From contig OZ024741.1 of assembly GCA_964016885.1 (NCBI GenBank), positions 168,516,001 to 168,580,000 on the forward strand: a stretch of DNA of 64,000 nt, in the 5' to 3' direction. The notes beneath the pieces were generated by a model that worked only from the letters and a program-made list of their open reading frames with translations, was not told the origin of the DNA and did not search any database. This DNA is from Eledone cirrhosa (lineage: Eukaryota). A program made the position numbers and the translations under genes. Positions 10,722 through 23,020 of this stretch are shown here, piece by piece; within the stretch, counting starts at the first letter, position 1; each line of letters opens with the position of its first letter.

Positions 10722-11676
10722 ATAACTACATAAACGGACAAATTATTAGCGATACTCCAACCAATTTCCAACTCACTCAACAAACACTAGGAAATACCGG
10801 AGTATATTCCCAATTAAACGTTTGGAGTGTTAACTATATTGTATTGTGTGGATAATTGGCTGTATTATTTTATATGAGATATATTAAAGATCTCATTTCC
10901 CAAACGAATCGTGTCATTGTAAGATTTCTACATGGTGGGTGAAATTATACTAAGTTATATAGAAGCTTGTGTAAGATCAATGGATTCTTACGCAAGTGGG
11001 CTCTTACAAATCTTCAGTGGGTGCCCAATAATATTAATATTAATAACTAAATCAACATCAATATTTAGCGATAATCACCATCAGTTCTAGAAGGAGCTGT
11101 TAGGTTGTAACCCCAGCAGTTCTAAAGAAAATCTCACACTGTCCCCAAAATGGGAGGAGGAGGCTACCGTGAAAAATAATACACACGCAGGTCATTGAAC
11201 TCTGACAAGAATTCAAGCCTCGTGCGAAGAACTCAATTGGATATGAAAAAAATAAATATATGTTTAAGGACACATAGAGATATTTTCTCAGGCAAAATAA
11301 CAGATATGAGATACAGAACAAACAGTCAATATTCATATGAAAAAAATAAACAAAGAGTGTTATACTTTATATCGGAAAAGTTCATGTCTGGTGATCCAAG
11401 AGTATATTACATAACTACATAAACGGAGAAAGCTATTAGCGATACTCCGACCAATTTCCAACTCACTCAACAAACATTGGGAACTACCGGAGTATAATCC
11501 CAATTAAACGTTTGGAGTGCTAACTATATTGTATTGTGTGGGTAATTGGCTGTATTATTTTATATGAGATATATTAAAGATCTCATTTCGCAAACGAATC
11601 GTTTCATTGTAAGAATTCTACATGGTGGGTGAAATTATCCCAAGTTATGGAGAAACTAGTGTAAGATCAATGGATT
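10722..11676. repeat. ~265-bp direct repeat pair (10722-10986 and 11411-11676)
   Basis: Both run from ataactacataaacgga to gtaagatcaatggatt with scattered substitutions; the second copy is interrupted by the LTR element. Confidence 0.85.
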
Positions 11677-13752
11677 TGTAGCAAGAGTTGCCTCCCTTGT
11701 TGTGACGAAAACATCACCAATAGAGTAACGCTCTCTAGACAGGAATTATCTGGAGTTACTTCCCGTTGGTGGCAGAACCCTTTCTGTCACTTCCATTCCA
11801 GCATATATAAAGGGAATAACTTTCAGCTCCCTATCTCTCATTTGCCTTTTCGGCTCCTGGCCATGCGTCTTCGGCCAGGCGCGTTCGCCTGGCAACCAGA
11901 CGGTAACTAATAACTTTGCTTCATTCTTTCAACTATTCATTGACATGTCAACTATACTGTTCTATATAACCACAAATTCTTGATTAAATATTATACACAC
12001 AAACTACGTCTCCTTGTTATATTCATACACACCAGAAATTTGCTATAAGTGGTGACCCCGAAAAAAGAAAAAAATAGCAGAATCTGGTGTTGTGTGAGTA
12101 ACATTACGAATACGCAGCAAATTTTATTGACAAACTAGGAAAATACGCAGACACAGAAACGAACACACGCACATGTGAAATTCTCGTTCAGACAGACTCT
12201 TTTTCTCTCACGCACGTATCGTACATCAACTAACTGTCGCATTTCACTCTATATATATATGTTTTTCGTTTCTTCTTACAACGAACACTTTAAAAAAAAA
12301 GAAATTTGATTTTTTTTACACATTTCAACATAAACATTTATTTTCGATGAATCTCAACTATTGCCTTTTTTCATCGTTTTCTTCATCGTTCACAAAAAAA
12401 ATTGAACTCGCCATATTTGTTATACTAAGTGAAGCCTTTCTTCCTTTTTCATCATATTGTCACTTTCACACACACACCTTTTCAAAATGGCTGCCAACGA
12501 CCTGTTGCACTATCATTTTCGCGCCATTTTCTCGCGCAATAGAAATATTTTTTTTTTCAACTTAATCTTGTTTTGGCACGTGTAGGCAGTACAATTCTCG
12601 ACTCACGGGGATAACCACACGCCAGAGATAACGTTTCTCGCCAAGGATTCTCCAGCCTTAAGCTATATTCTCCTATTTGCCGGTTTAAAAATTTACCACG
12701 TAAATTTGCCGTTGAAAACTGCGCATTTATTCAGAATGCTTATTTCTTTGGTCGCTGGCCTCTTGACCGTTCCAGGTCAACGCATTCTCAACATCGACCA
12801 TCAACTTCGGCTGTTATTTCTAGTACTTTGCGCAACTCGCTTTTTCTGGAAAAATTTTTTACTGTGAATTTAAACATCGAATACGCTCACTCCTCGAGAC
12901 AACAACATCAACAGCAACACAGCTTCATCAACAACCAAAACCAGCAGAACAAGCCAGAGAATTTATTTCTGCAGCACTCTTCCTGTGAGAAATTCCCTTC
13001 GGAAGTTGGAAATTTCTCGTTATACCACAGACCAGAAACCACCTGCATTCATTCTCTGGAACACATTCTTTACTGCTGCCATGTGATTGCACACATGTGA
13101 ACTGTATTTTGAACATTTGAACTTTGACCTCTTCTCTTACTTTGATTACATTGTATCCGTGGGTGATGGATAGATAGATGTCCAGTCGTTCTCTGGCCAG
13201 GAGCGGTTGGCTACTTTGATATCTATCATTGATTTTTGCATGCATATATTTTGCTGTTTTCCTATTATTACAAACATTATTTTTTTTTTCGTAATTTTCA
13301 TGCCTGTTACAACATTATCGCCATCTTACTCCATACATGTTTCGTTCGATTTTTATGTTTTAAAAATCTGGCGGGAGATAATGTAGCAAGAGTTGCCTCC
13401 CTTGTTGTTGCGAAAACATCACCAATAGAGTAACGCTCTCTAGAGAGGAAGTAGCTGGAGTTACTTCCCGTTGGTGGCAGAACCCTTTCTGTCACTTCCG
13501 TTCCAGCATCTATAAAGGGAATAACTTTCAGCTCCCTATCTCCCATTTGCTTTTTCGGCTCCTAGCCATGCGTCTTCGGCCAGGCGCGTTCGCCTGGCAA
13601 CCAAACGGTAACTAATAACTTTGCTTCATTCTTTCATCTATTCATTGACATGTCAACTATACTGTTCTATATAACCACAAATTCTTGATTAAATATTATA
13701 CACACAAACTACGTCTCCTTGTTATATTCATACACACTAGTATTTTGTTAAA
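11677..13752 (+). mobile_element. Non-autonomous LTR retrotransposon (TRIM/LARD-like), ~370-bp LTRs, non-coding interior
   Basis: LTRs at 11677-12047 and 13382-13752, starting TGTAGCAA and ending TTGCTATA/TTGTTAAA; PBS TGGTGACCCCGA at 12050-12061; purine-rich ggcgggagataa before the 3' LTR; no gag/pol ORF. Confidence 0.88.
12050..12061 (+). promoter_or_regulatory. Primer-binding site complementary to the tRNA-Trp 3' end
   Basis: TGGTGACCCCGA, 2 nt after the 5' LTR, matches the first 12 nt of the tRNA-Trp PBS (TGGTGACCCCGACGTGAT). Confidence 0.85.
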
Positions 13753-13753
13753 T

Positions 13754-13806
<53 letters not shown>

Positions 13807-15779
13807 GGTGTTGGATGCTTAAAGCGTCCGTATGCGGTAGGCCTTTTGAGCACTCGATGCTCTCATAGAGCAGAGTATTATATCACAGAAAAAAGAGAAT
13901 CAGTGTTGCGACGAATGGAATTTATTGGACATATTACAATGGTTTCTCTGGCGACCAGCTCGAGGCACGATCGATGTGATGATCGAACCTGACTCTGAAA
14001 ATCGCAAGGTCCTCAGATACGTCTTGATTCTATGAAGCAGATTTTCCTATGTCCTTTTACATCGATATCCTTCGCCTGTCGGCTTAGCTCCTGTTGTTGT
14101 CATTCTATAAGTGGTCAAGAATTGTATACGCCATCGACATTTCTAGCCACTCATGGTTGTCCACTATTTGGTTCTTTTCATTCACCACCTGTCAATAAAA
14201 TTTGTTTCTTAGATCGGAATTACTACTGTAGTGTGTAAGGGGTTGTATGCGTCAACTGCTGGCTGCCCTTCGACGTCCTCACTGTCTTTGGGCGCCCTCG
14301 TCTACACCGATCGCGTACACACCCGCAACTGTACTGTATTCGACGATCACCGTAAATAATGCTTGGAGGGAATTTTTAAAACAAATTAGAAAAATATTTA
14401 GCATAACGTTTCAAGAACACAGCCTTAGAATACCTTAAAACATACATATTTCAAAAAGAAAATAACTCTGTACAAAGAACGTTTTTAAGTGAATGCTTGG
14501 AACAGCCTTTCAAAAAAAGATATTTCGAAGGTATGTTTGATAAATATACACATATCTACACTCACACACTGTACTCAGGGAAGCGTGTATAGTTAAGACG
14601 CTGCACATATATATACACAGATGAAAAAAAGAAAGATCTACATATAGGCATTATTACTCTCACACAGACATGTTCATACAAATACATCCACCCAGACATG
14701 TGCACACACGTGCGCATGCATATTTGCGTGGACGCACATACATACATGTATCCGCGTATGTTCATATCGAGGGCACATACTTGATGAATACCCTCCCATC
14801 TGTACACACACGCGCAGCTTTACACATGGTGCACATAGTATTATATGGGACAACGTTCTTGAGGCTTGGACCCAACCTGATCATGTGGCGATATAAGCCC
14901 GAAAGTGCATGCACAATATGCATAAATGTTATAGCCGCATAGTATCCCTGCACTAATCACATATAACTTGGGTGGCATATATATATATAAAAATGCCTGT
15001 ATGTACATAAAATAAAATGATTTAAAATAATATAATATAAAATAAAATAAAATGTTGGAAAAAGGAATGTACACATGACAAGGATGCAGAGGGGTCCGGA
15101 CATTATTGGGGTGTGCGTAAAGTTGCATAAAATACTTGATGGCTGTGGTGCATATGGCTATATAATATACATGGGGACTGGTGATCTAAAGTATTGGGTA
15201 AGAGTCTGCCATGATGCAGGTCTCATGTCTGGTGGACCCATGGGGACCTTGCCTGTGTACACAAACAAGTTATATATATTGTGGATGCGTATAACATCCA
15301 TTTCATAAAAGTATATATGAGATGTACATGGAGTGGATGTATACATGGAATATATAGGGTATGTGTTTCATAACAGTACATATGAAATGTACGTGGAATG
15401 TATGCATGATTGGAATGTGCCAGCGGCTTGTATTGTAGGCGTGTATATATCAACGGAAGGCAATGTTAAAATTAACTGCGACATTAACCTTAAGACCAGC
15501 ATCAGGTCCGGCATCTAAGTAGCAAATTAAACACCACGAATCGAAGATCAAAACTTGGAAATTTAAAACCACACATAGGGTTGTAGACCAAATCAGACTT
15601 ATATTGAGTTGGCGTCCGCAAATTGGTGTGGTGGTGCTATCCAGGGTACGTTACGAGGTAGGCATCGCTGGATCTGTCGTTGATATCAGCTTATTCCGAC
15701 ATGCATTCATAGGTATGCTGTGTTATATATCGTGGTCCGCTGCATTCACCCCACCTGGTATTGTGATCGCGGTAGTGCC

Positions 15780-16947
15780 TTAGGTAGACCAATCCGGTAT
15801 CACTAAAGCGGAGAGCGTGCATTTACGTTGGTGTCTGCAGGCCATGATGATTTCAGATTTGAGGTTGACTGCGTCGCCCTTAAGTTTTACTATCTCCATA
15901 GCCTCGGACAGGCATAACTTGCACTTCCTCTCCCCGGCCGAGTACGCATTCGCACGCTGTACAATACTCCAACTGAGGTCAAACTGTATGCCACTGTCTT
16001 TGAGTCCCCATACTAAGTCCGCCAGTCTGGTGGAGTGTCTCTCTCTTGTTCCTGTCCTTGAACGAGTTCCTGTGGTTGTATATCCTCGATTTAAAAGTCG
16101 TGGATGTAGCTCTGATGTATCTGTGCCTATCATTGTGCGTGGTAACCACACATCTGTAGACAACGCCCTTAGTCAGGCACATTCCCTGCAGAGGGCACTC
16201 CTCTCAAACACGGCAGCTACAAGTCCGTGCACCATTTTTGTAATTCCACTTATGTGGGCCTGGCGTCTTATTTGGGTTCTCCCCGGTCCTCCGGCAGAGT
16301 GGTGGACTCAGTGTTCACCACCAGCTGGTCTCTGTTGGCAGGTGTAGGGTCCTCCGCGGCCACAGCTCCGCCCCCAGGCATATCTCCAGAACCACTAGTC
16401 ACTTCCGCGTGCACTCCTCTCAGCCCCCCCCCCCCGGCGTGTCTGAGGCCTGATCGGTTTGTCGGTGAGGTGTCCTCAATTTCAACGCGTTGGCCTTGGC
16501 CATGTAGTCTGCCATGTTGGGTGCCATGGAAACTGAGAACTTCACGGTGTGTCGGTTGAATATTTTGTGGTACCTGTGTGAAGTCGGGAAACACTCGTCC
16601 AATGCCCTGAAGAAGAGACCTGGCACGTTAGTGCGTACATGCTTCGAGTATGGTGCATTGAACCATGTTATGTTTCTAGGTCTGTTTCTATTTCGTCGTC
16701 TGCTACTAGTAGTGTGTGCATTGTCATGTTGTTCTCTCGAGTTACGCCCTACTCCTATTTGATCCCCTATTCTATCCCTATGCTTAGAACTATTACTTAA
16801 GTCTGTGGAAAGGCAGTCACTCACTATGTTGCTCTGGACACGTTTACTAACCCTAGTTCTCGTCCCTGTCCTGATACCCTGCCGTATCATTGTTGGTATT
16901 CTTAATCTTGGTGTTATCCCTATCGTGTTCAAAGTTCCGTGCTGCAT
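15780..16947 (-). pseudogene. Penelope-like GIY-YIG endonuclease ORF (two frameshifts, one stop), no RT upstream
   Basis: RNITWFNAPYS..TNV..FP..HKIFNRHTVKFS linker; CSCRV*EECPLQGMCL Cys motif; GVVY..YI(R)ATSTTFKSRIYNH GIY-YIG; WSIV..CKLCLSE..N..SE..CRH C-terminus. Confidence 0.88.
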
Positions 16948-17487
16948 TATCTACTTCACTATCTTTGGTCTGTGCTGTTACTACAGTTCAGTCAGTATGT
17001 GTTGGGGTCCCTAGGGTTCCCGTGCGCCCTCATATATATATCATCGTTATCCTCATAATTTAACATTCATTTTCCATGAGTAGGACGTGCTGTCCTGTTG
17101 TGCGACGATCAGGTCAAAGAACCATGTTTTCCTCACATAGAACTGATGTTTGCTTGATTTCTACAGCATAACACCTTTCCTAATACGAACCACATTTACA
17201 GTGTGGGCTTGGTCTTTTTCGTCATGACACCTACATGACCAATTTACTGTGTGGACTGGGTGCATATTGTCATGGCTCTAGTATGACTACATTATGGAGT
17301 GGATTGGGAACTTGGGTGGGGGAGATGCATGGGGTATTAGGGAGGTAGATGTAGGGGTGGGTGGTTACAGCAAGGAAGGTGTATGGTATGGGTGATGTAT
17401 GGGATGGTGGTGCATACTAGATGTATGCCTCAGCTCTTGCATATGGGAGGGCAGGTCTTCTGTATTACTGCTTAATACAGATGTGTG

Positions 17488-17552
<65 letters not shown>

Positions 17553-17553
17553 A

Positions 17554-17602
<49 letters not shown>

Positions 17603-17624
17603 CCAAAATTAAATTAAGGGTGTC

Positions 17625-17810
17625 ATGTCTGAGAGACAAGCCCCATACCTCTGTAGAATATGCTCAAAGATTCCAATGAAACAATCACTTTGCTGACGAT
17701 CCGGGATTTGACAATCACAGAAGTCAAATCCCGGATCGTCAGCAAAGTGATTGTTTCATTGGAATCTTTGAGCATATTCTACAGAGGTATGGGGCTTGTC
17801 TCTCAGACAT
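17625..17810. repeat. Inverted repeat, 88-bp arms, 10-nt spacer, between (TA)n tracts
   Basis: 17625-17712 is the reverse complement of 17723-17810; no mismatch seen. Confidence 0.92.
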
Positions 17811-18264
17811 ATATATACATATATATATATATGCCTATACTCATCATCATCATCAATATTTAACTTCCATTTTTTCCCTGTTAGCAAGTGTTGTATAGGT
17901 CATCACAGATCAAGTTAATACTTAGAGCTACTGATCCCCCAGATAGGTTGGAACCTTATCTCACTTACATATGTTACTGAGTGCACTGTACATTTTATCA
18001 TGTACTAGCATAAGAGAAGTCATCATAACTGTAGAATCCTGTCTGCCCTTCGGCATATTTCCTATGGCTTGATACCCAATGTAACACCAAGCACTTTACA
18101 GTGTGTTCCAGATTCTTTTTCGTGGCACCACCAATATTTATGTGAGAAATCATTATGGGCACACCCTGTGGATATTTATAGGCAGAATGTCATTGACTTA
18201 TATGTAAAGTAATGGTGAAGAATTTTTATATTACTACTTGAAATGGCAACAAATTAAACTAAAT

Positions 18265-18424
18265 ATCAACAGAATCAATGTCATTGGTGAGGGCCTGCAA
18301 AGGTCATAGGCAAATCTAATTCCTGCAATAATTTAAATTAATAATCAACAGCATCAATATCATTGGTTATGGAGTGCCTGCAAAGGTCATGGGCACAACC
18401 TATTCCTGCAATAATTTAAACTAA
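18265..18424. repeat. Diverged tandem duplication of an ~80-bp unit
   Basis: atcaacag.atcaat.tcattggt...gcctgcaaaggtcat.ggca...attcctgcaataatttaaa occurs twice. Confidence 0.8.
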
Positions 18425-18819
18425 ACATAAACAACAACGAACACAGTCACTTCCTACAGACCCAGCAAATGAAAACAACAGTCAGTAGAATACATTTTAC
18501 AGTAGAATTTGATAAGTTAATGAATGATTTGTGAGATTTAATTTCTTGATGCAGGTAAAAAATGTTAAACACTTACATCTCATCGGAAAGGATATTTCTT
18601 TCTCCATATTTCCAGCGATGGTTCTTCCCCATACGAAACCATGGTAGGGAGATCTATTATATAAGTGATGTTAGTGGAAAGTTTTTTCCATCTGGCTTGT
18701 TTATACTCCCATACAGTGTTTTTCTCGTTTAATTTTGTTATACAATATTGCTTCTCTGAGAGATTTCTTTCATTGAGCTGTTTGGGTATTAGTGACTTAT
18801 TAACTCCTTTGATATATAT

Positions 18820-19300
18820 ATCATCATCATCGATTAACATACATCTTCCATGCTAGCATGGGTTAGACAAGTCCTATTTTGAGGCAAGTTGTGCCGGGTG
18901 ACCATGTCTCGCTCATAGATGGGTATTTCTGGCTGGTTTTCTATGGCTGGATGCACTTCTTAATGCCAACCACATTGACAGTGTGTGCTGGGTGCTTTTT
19001 GCCGTGTCTTTTACACATCCACTTTACAGTGTGGGCTGGGGACATACTGTACATATGCTTCAGCTTGTGCTCATGGGAAGTCGGGTCTTCTCTATTACTG
19101 CATATCGCTAGAGATGCTGGCCATGTGTCATCTCCTCTGAGAGGTGCAATTGGGCAAGGTCAGCTTTTATCACCTCATCCAAGGTCTTCCTAGGTCTCCC
19201 CATTCCAAGGCTTCCAACAACTTTGAGCGCTCTGCACTTTTTTATGCAGCTGTCATCCTTCATATGCAACACATGTCCATACCAATGCAATCTCCTCTCC
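18820..19300 (-). mobile_element. RTE LINE 3' fragment (related family)
   Basis: Minus ORF ERRLHWYGHVLHM..CIKKCRAL..GRPRKT; 3' UTR like 56285-56747; (GAT)n tail. Confidence 0.85.
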
Positions 19301-19302
19301 TG

Positions 19303-19337
<35 letters not shown>

Positions 19338-19388
19338 GTATATATATATATAAATTGGAATAAATGCTCTGAAATAGCGATATATATG

Positions 19389-19620
19389 TGAATATAGACA
19401 TAGAATATTCGAAAATATTCTGTATGTTTATAATAAACATTTTGAAGACCTAATCGCTATAGAATAGAATACGTCACGTATTACAATTAGATTCTCGATA
19501 AAAGCTTTTATCGAGAATCTAATTGTAATACGTGACGTATTCTATTCTATAGCGATTAGGTCTTCAAAATGTTTATTATAAACATACAGAATATTTTCGA
19601 ATATTCTATGTCTATATTCA
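19389..19620. repeat. 232-bp palindrome with no spacer
   Basis: 116-bp arms centred on gataaaag|cttttatc (19504/19505); no mismatch seen; bounded by TA-rich tracts. Confidence 0.92.
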
Positions 19621-19644
19621 TATATATATATATATATATAACGA

Positions 19645-19802
19645 ATGATTGTGGTAAGGAACCAGATGGACCATAATGCACCAGAGTACTCAATACTTAG
19701 AGTAGTAGAGTGGGTAATAGGAAAATGTATGACCCCGACGGCAGAGCTCAAGCTGTCGAAATGGCTTGAGCTCTGCCATTGGGGTCATACATTTTCCTAT
19801 TA
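19645..19802. mobile_element. Penelope-like end fragment with ~39-bp inverted arm; related copy at 24712-24830
   Basis: Inverted repeat taataggaaaatgtatgacccc..gcagagctcaagc; carries the 3' half of a hammerhead (GAAA-stem III-UH); between (TA)n tracts. Confidence 0.6.
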
Positions 19803-20030
19803 TATATATATATATATATATATATAGTTTTACTCTGTTGTGTCATAGACACAATGTGTTATGTCACATGTATACTATGTCACATGTATACTATACTTGG
19901 TATGGAGGTGGGTGGTACTTTATCCATTATAGTAACACCTATACCTGTAGTAACACCTATTTTTATGTGTCTCATAGCTGTTAATGGATATCATTCACAC
20001 AATTAATCTATGTTAAATTATCATAATTTT

Positions 20031-20109
20031 TGTTGATGTAATGCACGGGGATGTTGATGTAATGCACGGGGATGTTGATGTAATGCACGGGGATGTTGAT
20101 GTAATGCAC
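20031..20109. repeat. 21-bp minisatellite, ~3.8 copies
   Basis: Unit tgttgatgtaatgcacgggga. Confidence 0.92.
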
Positions 20110-21385
20110 ATGTTTGCATATGAAAATGGACTGAAACTTTACAATTCATTGTTATCATATACAATAGCCTTTGGTTGATCCATACCTTGTGAGTGTAATT
20201 ATATAGAGGAAAACTGTTTGGAAGCCTGTCTGCTGTACTATACCTGTAATTTGAATGATCAGCCTTGTCATATACAGTGTCATGCTGAAAATTCCTGAGA
20301 ATTACGTTAAAGGTGCATATATCTGTGGAATACTCAGCCACTTACTCTACAATACAAGTCAGATTGTACCGATAATTCAAAGGGACAGTCTTGTCACATA
20401 CTGACTCATTCTGAATCTCTCTGAGAATTATGTTGTGGGTACACATGTATGTAGAATGTTCAGCCACTTGCACATTCATTTCACATGCAGTCTGCTTTGT
20501 TGATCAGATGACTAGAATACTCATCACCCGAACTGATAAAGATCCATTCTATACAATGTAACAACTATGACAACATTTTTTTTTTTAACAATTTTCAGTC
20601 TTATGTAAGCATATCATTTCAACTAACAGCTGTATTATATCACATATATCACATATATTCATCTTCAACGTGTATGCATAAAAAAACTTCGATCATAGAA
20701 TTTTGACTTCATCCTGAGCTCTTCCTTGAATAAATCTTTTGTCAGTTTTATACGTTCTATTTTACTTTTCAAGAAATTGGAATTTCCATTAACATAGAAT
20801 ACATTTCTTTACTAGATATATTTTCTTTATTAGCTATACATGCAAACCATAAATTTCTGTTGCAGTGAACAAAATAAACCTTTATAGAGATGAAGATAGT
20901 AAAAGTGTAGCTATTAGTCAACTTTTTACCTACTTAACTGTGACTTTACTGAGATAAGATGCTATTTGTTTCGATAATATATTTAATACACATCATTTCC
21001 TCTACACTTTCCTCAAAATATAGCTGTTGCATTTAGTTCCAATCTTGAATTGCAGGAACATTAGTGAACTTTCTTAAATCTTATTGTAGTTTATGTATAT
21101 TAGTCATGTACATCACATGAGAAAGAATAATCTAACGAATCATATGGATCATTTTTATTTTAGAGACTGCTATTGTACCTATTATTAGAGAAAGACACTT
21201 TATTTCATATTGCTGCAATCCACTCAGTCTGAAAAAAGAATCAGTTGCAATGCCATTGGCACCAAAATATATCGGTCATTTACCTTTCCTTGGACATCAC
21301 ATATAATGTATACAAAGAGTATATAATGTACATATAGTGTATATGTAGTTCGTATGGGCTGTATATTGTGTATGCATACTGGGTA

Positions 21386-22500
21386 TACAAAGAACACTTA
21401 AGAAGTTTTGAGACTTTTCCTTTTCAGGCTCTTTTAATTGACTTACATGACTGTCAGTCTAATACATCCTTGATATGGTTATAATAAGCTAACATGCCAA
21501 ATTTTTTTTTTCCAGATTGAAGGTTTAGGTCGCTACAGTACTTTGAACACTACCTGCTATAATCATCTTGTCATAGCTGACTGGTTCCACAATGCAGTTG
21601 GGACTTGTGGACACTTGTGTCAAGCTCGGCAAAAATACTGCAGAAACCTATGAAATTGTCAAAATTGCCAACGGACTAATTTTCACAAGCCAGGTGACAG
21701 TTTTCCGTTGGCACAAGAGGTTCCAGGGGGACAAGAATCAGGTGAGGGATAATGAGAGGTGTGGCAGGGAGAGGGACATCAGGATGCCAAAGTGGGTCCA
21801 CAAAATTCACAAATCTCTACATGACAATTGCTAAACAATTTGAAGAGGCTGAGAGCACTGTACACAGAGTCATTCATGATGATCTGAATATGCACAAGGT
21901 TTGTTCCCAGGGTGCTCAATGAAGGTCAATGGTAGAGGTGTGTTGATGGCAGCAGGGCAACAGTCGAGTGGATCACTTCGAATTCAAATGTCCTTTAGTC
22001 TCTGATAACCTGTGATGAGAGCTGTGCCTACTGTTATGATCCAGAGACCAAGAGAATGAGTGCCCAGTGGAAACATTCTGACTCTCCAAGACCCTAGAAG
22101 GTCAGGCAAAGCAGATCCGCTGGTAAGTATATGATGATCCCATTCTTTGACAGTAAGGGTATCAACTACATCCACTGGGTCATCTATGGCCAAACAGTTA
22201 ACAAAGTACTATGTAGAGGTTTTGAGACAGTTTGGAAAGAGATTCCATTGCAAGAGGACAGAACTTTTCAAGTCTTGTCAGTAAAACCAAGACAATGCCC
22301 CTTGCCATAAATCCACTCTGGTGTCCAACTACTTGGCTGATATAGGGATCAAGATTGTCCCTCATCCTCTCTATAGTCCAGACTTAGCCTCCTGCAACTT
22401 CTGGAAGTTTGAAAAGCTGAAGGAGAAGCTCAGAAGTATCCAATGCCCTGGACACTTTCACTTTGGAGGATTACAGGGGTGGGGGTGGGTCTTCCAGAAA
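21386..22500 (+). mobile_element. Degenerate mariner transposon
   Basis: HTH CVKLGKNTAETYE..VFRWHKRF; QDNAPCH; HPLYSPDLASCNFW (YSPDL motif); many stops and frameshifts. Confidence 0.85.
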
Positions 22501-22599
22501 TTCTATGTGATGATGATGATGATGATGATGATGATAAAAGGGAAGATGAGTTAAATACATAAGACATAGAAGACAATTAGAAGTTTATTTAAGACAATC

Positions 22600-23020
22600 T
22601 ACTGCTGGCTACTGAAGAGCCATGTAGCTGGAGCAAAGCACCATTCAGACAGGAAAGACTGGAAAATGGGAGCAGCATAGATCAATATCAAGTAGCTAAA
22701 AGAGAAGCTAGACAACAGGTATACACAGCACACAATGAAGATGCAAGCAGGAGATTTGCCAATGTCTTGCAACATGGAGATCATAGACATAAGGTGTTTT
22801 TCATCACTAAGCATTGTGTACATTATAACCAGGGTGTTACTGGGGAAAAGTGTTTGTGAAAGGAGACTAGTGCACTTAGTGTCACTGAGATGAAAAGCAC
22901 CCTGTATGCCAAGCAAACATCAATTCTGTATGAGCAAGACATGGTTACCTAATCTGGCATTTCTCACAACAGGACAATTTAACCTATGCTTGCATAAAAA
23001 ATGGATGTTAAATGGGGATT
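22600..23020 (+). mobile_element. Degenerate internally deleted RTE fragment
   Basis: Degenerate RTE ORF-like segment followed by an RTE-type terminal motif (aacctatgcttgcat..ggatgttaaat). Confidence 0.45.

Noticed and set aside
10965-11020. CTGAAGA plus hairpin on the minus strand
   Set aside because: GAAA is absent (GAAT) and stem I does not form
13904-14330. Possible solo LTR (TGTTGCG...CGCAACT)
   Set aside because: No CA end, no TSD and no second copy in the window
18571-18840. 86-aa minus ORF with a nearby GTAAGT donor, as a possible host exon
   Set aside because: No recognisable domain, no clear acceptor, and its start lies in an RTE tail
19440-19500. TTGAAGA within the long palindrome as a hammerhead core
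   Set aside because: No GAAA or consistent stems
20031-20109. Regular repeats as a CRISPR-like array
   Set aside because: No spacers; a simple minisatellite in eukaryotic DNA
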